A stretch of DNA of 64,000 nt, from positions 5,792,001 through 5,856,000 of the forward strand of contig OY843751.1 in assembly GCA_963693055.1 (NCBI GenBank), given 5' to 3'. The notes under the pieces are model-generated. The model worked only from the letters and a program-made list of their open reading frames with translations, was not told the DNA's origin and searched no databases. Position 1 is the first letter of the stretch, and the number at the start of each line of letters is the position of its first letter. The stretch comes from a bacterium. Lineage in GTDB: Bacteria; Zhuqueibacterota; Zhuqueibacteria; Residuimicrobiales; Krinioviventaceae. This document shows, one piece after another, positions 59,859 through 64,000 of the stretch. Made by a program: the position numbers and the translations under genes.

Positions 59859-62024
59859 ATGCCCGCACAGTTGTCCGATTTGATGAGAAAAAACAAAAAG
59901 GATCATACCAACACCCATGTGAAAAAATTCGGTACCTTTAGCGGTGTTTTCACTCCCGATGTGTTGACAATCCTTGGCGTTATTATGTACCTGCGCCTGG
60001 GATGGGTAGTAGGTAACGCAGGTTTTCTGGGAGCTGTTGCTATTATTCTACTTGCCAAAACCGTAACAATCTGTACGGGTCTCTCTATGGCGTCTATCAC
60101 CACCAACATCAAAATCGGTGCCGGTGGAGCATATTCTATAATTTCAAAATCATTGGGTCTTGAAGCCGGTGGCAGCATTGGCATCCCCCTGTATATCGCA
60201 CAAACCCTGTCCGCGGCATTGTACATTATCGGTTTTACAGAAGCCTGGCTCTTGATCTTTCCTACACATCCCCCTGTATTGATCTCCAGTCTGGCATGGA
60301 TTTGCTTGATCACAATCTCGTATATCAGCGCGCATTTTGCAATCCGGGTCCAATACCTGATCATGCTGATTATGGGACTATCGTTATTATCATTTTTTGC
60401 AACTCCAGCAGCACCGGTCTCCAGCTCCGTTCTCATTGGCAGTTTCAAAGATGCCAGTTTCTGGCAGGTATTTGCAATATTCTTTCCGGCTGTTACGGGT
60501 ATTATGGCCGGTGCAAACATGTCCGGCGATCTTGAACAACCCCGGAGATCAATCCCACTCGGCACCATCAGCTCTATTTTGGTTACAATGGTGGTCTATA
60601 TTGGCATTGCCTACGTATTGAGCCGTATTGCCACAGTTGAAGAACTGCGCAGCAATCAGATGATTATGGTAGAAAAGGCCTTTTGGGGTCCCATGGTTAT
60701 AGCCGGTATTATGGGAGCCACCTTGTCTTCGGCCCTGGGCAGTATGATTGGCGCCCCGCGGGTTATGCAGGCCCTGGCAGAACAAAAAACACTGCCATTT
60801 CATTCGTTCTTTGCCGTTAAATCCAAAACCAATGAACCCCGCAATGCAATTATTTTTACCGGAATTATTATAGAAACAGCCCTGATCTTTGGTAACCTGG
60901 ACTTTTTAGCATCTCTCATTACCATGTTTTTTCTCATCACCTATGGTATGATCAACCTGGTGGTCTTTATTGAACAGAGTATGAAAATCATCAGCTTTCG
61001 GCCTACGTTCAAAATTCCCCGCTTTGTATCCTTTTTCGGAGCAGTTAGTTGCGTGGTTATCATGTTTCTAATAGACCCTGTTTTCAGCTTAATCGCAATT
61101 ATTACAATCGTTGCTTTGTATGTATGGCTGACAAAAATTGAGCTCAAAGCAGACTGGGGCGATATTCGCGGCGGTTTGTTTCTGGTACTTGCAGAACGGG
61201 CATCCCGGTTGTCTGCCAAATATCCGCGTCATCAGATTACCTGGAAGCCAGATTTTTTACTGCCCATTGAAAATCCGGAATTGTGGTCTGGCTCTCTCTT
61301 GTTCATCCGCAACATAATTTATCCTTCAGGCAGCATTTTTGCCTTTAGCGTCAAAGACAACAATACCGATCAGTCCCAATCCGCGTTAAAAGAACTGCTT
61401 GCTCCCATAGAAGACCAGGGTGTGCTTGTAAACTCGGTGGTACTTGAGGACAATGATTTTATTCATGGTGCGAAACTGGTTATTCAGACCTTAAAGGGCA
61501 GCTCCTTTCGGCCCAACATCCTGTTTTTAACCATTGGAGACGATAACCGTAAAGACAATATAATTGAGCAACTGGTTAATCAGGCAGAGAAATATATTCT
61601 GGGTGTTGTTATTCTGAGACAGCATCCGCGTACTGCATTTGGAATGCAGCAGAATATTAACCTCTGGCTGCGGGATAAAAGTCCAAACTGGCACCTGGCT
61701 ATGCTCATAACGCTACAATTACAAATGAACTGGGAAGGAAAGATCAATCTGATTACCGTTACGGAAAATCTAAAAGAAGAAAAACGATTACAGGAATTTC
61801 TGCAAAATCTGAACGATCAGGTGCGCTTACCCTCCATGACCGATTTCTATGTACTGCCCGGTCCATTTACAGAGGCACTGAAAACCGCTCCCCGCGGTGA
61901 TATCAATATTTTTGGTCTGGCAGAAAACACAAAATCTTTTGAGTTTATCAGACAAATTGAAGAGACAACTCGCTCCTCCTGTATTTTCGTCAAAGACTCG
62001 GGACAGGAAAATGCACTGGTTTAA
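59859..62024 (+). CDS. APC-superfamily transporter, cation-chloride cotransporter (SLC12)-like
   Basis: GTFSGVFTP..LTILGVIMYLR, GGAYSIISKSLG and FFPAVTGIMAGANMSGDL motifs. Long C-terminal cytoplasmic domain with WKP and RPNIL. Confidence 0.88.
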   Translation: MPAQLSDLMRKNKKDHTNTHVKKFGTFSGVFTPDVLTILGVIMYLRLGWVVGNAGFLGAVAIILLAKTVTICTGLSMASITTNIKIGAGGAYSIISKSLGLEAGGSIGIPLYIAQTLSAALYIIGFTEAWLLIFPTHPPVLISSLAWICLITISYISAHFAIRVQYLIMLIMGLSLLSFFATPAAPVSSSVLIGSFKDASFWQVFAIFFPAVTGIMAGANMSGDLEQPRRSIPLGTISSILVTMVVYIGIAYVLSRIATVEELRSNQMIMVEKAFWGPMVIAGIMGATLSSALGSMIGAPRVMQALAEQKTLPFHSFFAVKSKTNEPRNAIIFTGIIIETALIFGNLDFLASLITMFFLITYGMINLVVFIEQSMKIISFRPTFKIPRFVSFFGAVSCVVIMFLIDPVFSLIAIITIVALYVWLTKIELKADWGDIRGGLFLVLAERASRLSAKYPRHQITWKPDFLLPIENPELWSGSLLFIRNIIYPSGSIFAFSVKDNNTDQSQSALKELLAPIEDQGVLVNSVVLEDNDFIHGAKLVIQTLKGSSFRPNILFLTIGDDNRKDNIIEQLVNQAEKYILGVVILRQHPRTAFGMQQNINLWLRDKSPNWHLAMLITLQLQMNWEGKINLITVTENLKEEKRLQEFLQNLNDQVRLPSMTDFYVLPGPFTEALKTAPRGDINIFGLAENTKSFEFIRQIEETTRSSCIFVKDSGQENALV

Positions 62025-62124
62025 GACATGGTGTATCAAGTATATTATTGTAATTTACCAGAGTTTAGTGTTTTAATTCCCTAACAGATATTTTTACAGA
62101 TTGTTTTCTTAACTTATCTCATTA

Positions 62125-62152
62125 TAGGGATGGGTCTTAGACCCATCCCTAC
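62125..62152. repeat. REP-like palindrome (GTAG-type)
   Basis: TAGGGATGGGTC-tta-GACCCATCCCTA perfect 12-bp stem. Reads GTAGGG... from the minus strand. Confidence 0.6.
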
Positions 62153-62271
62153 ATAACCTGATATTTAAATATCCACCCTCCCAAAGTTTTGGAACCTTTG
62201 AAGGGATTATATTTTAATGCCCTTTATCCGTGGCGATCTGTGAATCCGTGCCTCCGTGAGAGTATTATTAT

Positions 62272-64000
62272 TTAACCCAGTTCCTTGTCCAGATTATAAG
62301 CCGTGCTGATCAACGACAGATGGGTAAATGCCTGTGGAAAATTGCCCAAGGCTTCACCGCTGTGACCCAATTCCTCAGAATAAAGTCCCAGGTGATTGGA
62401 ATAGGTAAGGGCTTTATTGAACATAAATCGGGCCTGGTTCAGCATATTCTTGTTGTACCGTCCCGCCCGGGTCAGGGCTTCTATTAACCAAAACGAACAA
62501 ATGTTGAATGTGCCTTCATCTCCATCCATACCATCATGGGTCTCGTCTACATCGTAACGATACACCAGACTGTCAGATACCAATCCTCCCTGCTCGGGAC
62601 TTTTATGTATTGCCTGGATGGTTTTCAACATGCGGGGATCCGTAGGAGACATGAAAAATACCAACGGCATGATCAAATTGGAAGCATCCAAAGATTGACT
62701 GCCAACATACTGGATAAATGCATTGCGTTTATCACTCCATCCTTTTGACAATATGGTCTGATAAATGCGGTTACGGGTTTTTAACCAGCGGTCCAGATCG
62801 GCAGGAAAAGAACGTTTCTGAGCCAAACGGATGCCCCGGTCCAGAGCAACCCAGCACATGAGCATGGAATAAGTAAAGCGCTGTTTTCCCCCTCTGACCT
62901 CCCAAATGCCTTCATCTTTTTCGGTCCAGTGATCACAAACATAATTGAGCATTCTTACAATATAGGTCCACAGGTCATAGCTAATAGGTCTGCCATATTT
63001 ATTGAACAGATATATTGTATCCAACAGCTCCCCATAGATATCCAATTGCAGTTGGTCATATGCAGCATTGCCAACACGGACAGGAAATGAATTGCGGTAT
63101 CCTTTTAAATGCGATAATAAATGTTCATCCAGACGATGTTCCCCCCGAATACTGTACACTATTTGCAGTGATCCGTCGTCATTCATTTCTTCGCAACGCT
63201 TTTCAAGCCAATCCATAAAGTGTGATGCTTCTTCCGTATACCCAATGCGCATCAATGCATACAGGGTAAACGCAGAATCCCGAATCCATGTATATCGATA
63301 GTCCCAGTTCCGCTCACCACCCAGAGACTCGGGCAGACTGGTGGTAGGTGCTGCCACAATAGCCCCGGTGGGCTGGTATGTCAACAGCTTTAACACCAAT
63401 GCGGACCGGTTCACCATTTCACGCCATCTTCCTTTATAGGTACTTTTGCTGATCCATTGCTGCCAAAAGTTGATTGTATCCACTTGTAGTTGATCGGTTT
63501 CTTTGAGTAATGAGTCAGGTTTTTCCGGCAAATCAGGACTGTTCATCATGAATATAAAATCTGCTGTCTCTCCTTCACCCAAGGTAAAATCCGACACAAT
63601 TGCACCCTCATGCTGTTTCATATCAACCTGTGTCAGTAATGTCATATCTAATGAATTGGACCTGAATATTGCCCGTTGATTGTAAAATTCTAGGGTGTGA
63701 TCATCGCGAGCGTAATTAAAGGCAGGTTTACATGACAAGTGAAAACGCATATTCCCTCGAACCACCTTGACCTTGCGTACCAATTTATGATGCAATTCCT
63801 GTCGTGTACTGGTAAAAGAAACCGGCATAAAATCGATAATCTCTGCAACGCCTTCAGGAGCCAAAAACCGGGTTACCAGCACATTTGTATCCGGCCAGTA
63901 AAACTGTTTTAACGTTACATTGTCTTTTACAGGCGCAATTTTAAAAGAACCGCCCTTTTCATCATCAAGAATAGATGCAAAAACACTGGGTGAATCAAAA
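62272..64000 (-). CDS. Glycoside hydrolase family 15 (trehalase/glucoamylase-like), 5' end outside the window
   Basis: [35 protein letters not shown] and GNFPQAFTH motifs. The frame stays open to the window edge ([12 protein letters not shown]). Confidence 0.95.
   Translation of the reverse strand, partial: FDSPSVFASILDDEKGGSFKIAPVKDNVTLKQFYWPDTNVLVTRFLAPEGVAEIIDFMPVSFTSTRQELHHKLVRKVKVVRGNMRFHLSCKPAFNYARDDHTLEFYNQRAIFRSNSLDMTLLTQVDMKQHEGAIVSDFTLGEGETADFIFMMNSPDLPEKPDSLLKETDQLQVDTINFWQQWISKSTYKGRWREMVNRSALVLKLLTYQPTGAIVAAPTTSLPESLGGERNWDYRYTWIRDSAFTLYALMRIGYTEEASHFMDWLEKRCEEMNDDGSLQIVYSIRGEHRLDEHLLSHLKGYRNSFPVRVGNAAYDQLQLDIYGELLDTIYLFNKYGRPISYDLWTYIVRMLNYVCDHWTEKDEGIWEVRGGKQRFTYSMLMCWVALDRGIRLAQKRSFPADLDRWLKTRNRIYQTILSKGWSDKRNAFIQYVGSQSLDASNLIMPLVFFMSPTDPRMLKTIQAIHKSPEQGGLVSDSLVYRYDVDETHDGMDGDEGTFNICSFWLIEALTRAGRYNKNMLNQARFMFNKALTYSNHLGLYSEELGHSGEALGNFPQAFTHLSLISTAYNLDKELG

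Noticed and set aside
58338-60568. Long antisense ORFs (58338..58988 + and 59903..60568 -; likewise 19105..19590 and 35429..35869)
   Set aside because: They lie opposite well-conserved genes and have no recognisable motifs. This is the expected by-product of codon bias.

Overview
A gene-dense, AT-rich bacterial chromosome segment, mostly on the minus strand. I found no rRNA, tRNA, CRISPR array, transposase or prophage gene. E. coli-type sigma70 promoters, strong Shine-Dalgarno sites and YPNPFN-type C-terminal sorting domains suggest a non-Bacteroidota relative of the FCB group (KSB1/Calditrichota/Ignavibacteria-like). That placement is inference. Housekeeping content: lon-hsp20, ktrAB, phoH-HD-ybeY-corC, aspS, a complete H+-type F1Fo ATP synthase operon behind parA-parB-M23-bactofilin, ligA, glgP and tex. 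Three loci stand out. (1) At 26314-31580, three unannotated genes sit directly downstream of atpC. The first two carry the transmembrane signatures of the GldL/PorL and GldM/PorM proton-driven rotary motor. There is no gldK, and a repeat-containing, probably beta-barrel, secreted protein takes the gldN position. This is a candidate divergent type IX-like motor or secretion system. (2) At 46158-50618, a putative sigma54-driven cluster encodes three secreted, non-catalytic cohesin/dockerin scaffold proteins. Two of them carry T9SS-type sorting domains. (3) At 19078-23825, a peptidoglycan-remodelling cluster contains Helicobacter/Campylobacter Csd4/Pgp1-like and Csd6/Pgp2-like enzymes plus a coiled-coil lipoprotein/LysM pair. 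All family calls come from motif recognition by eye. No database search was run, and reference motifs are quoted from memory.
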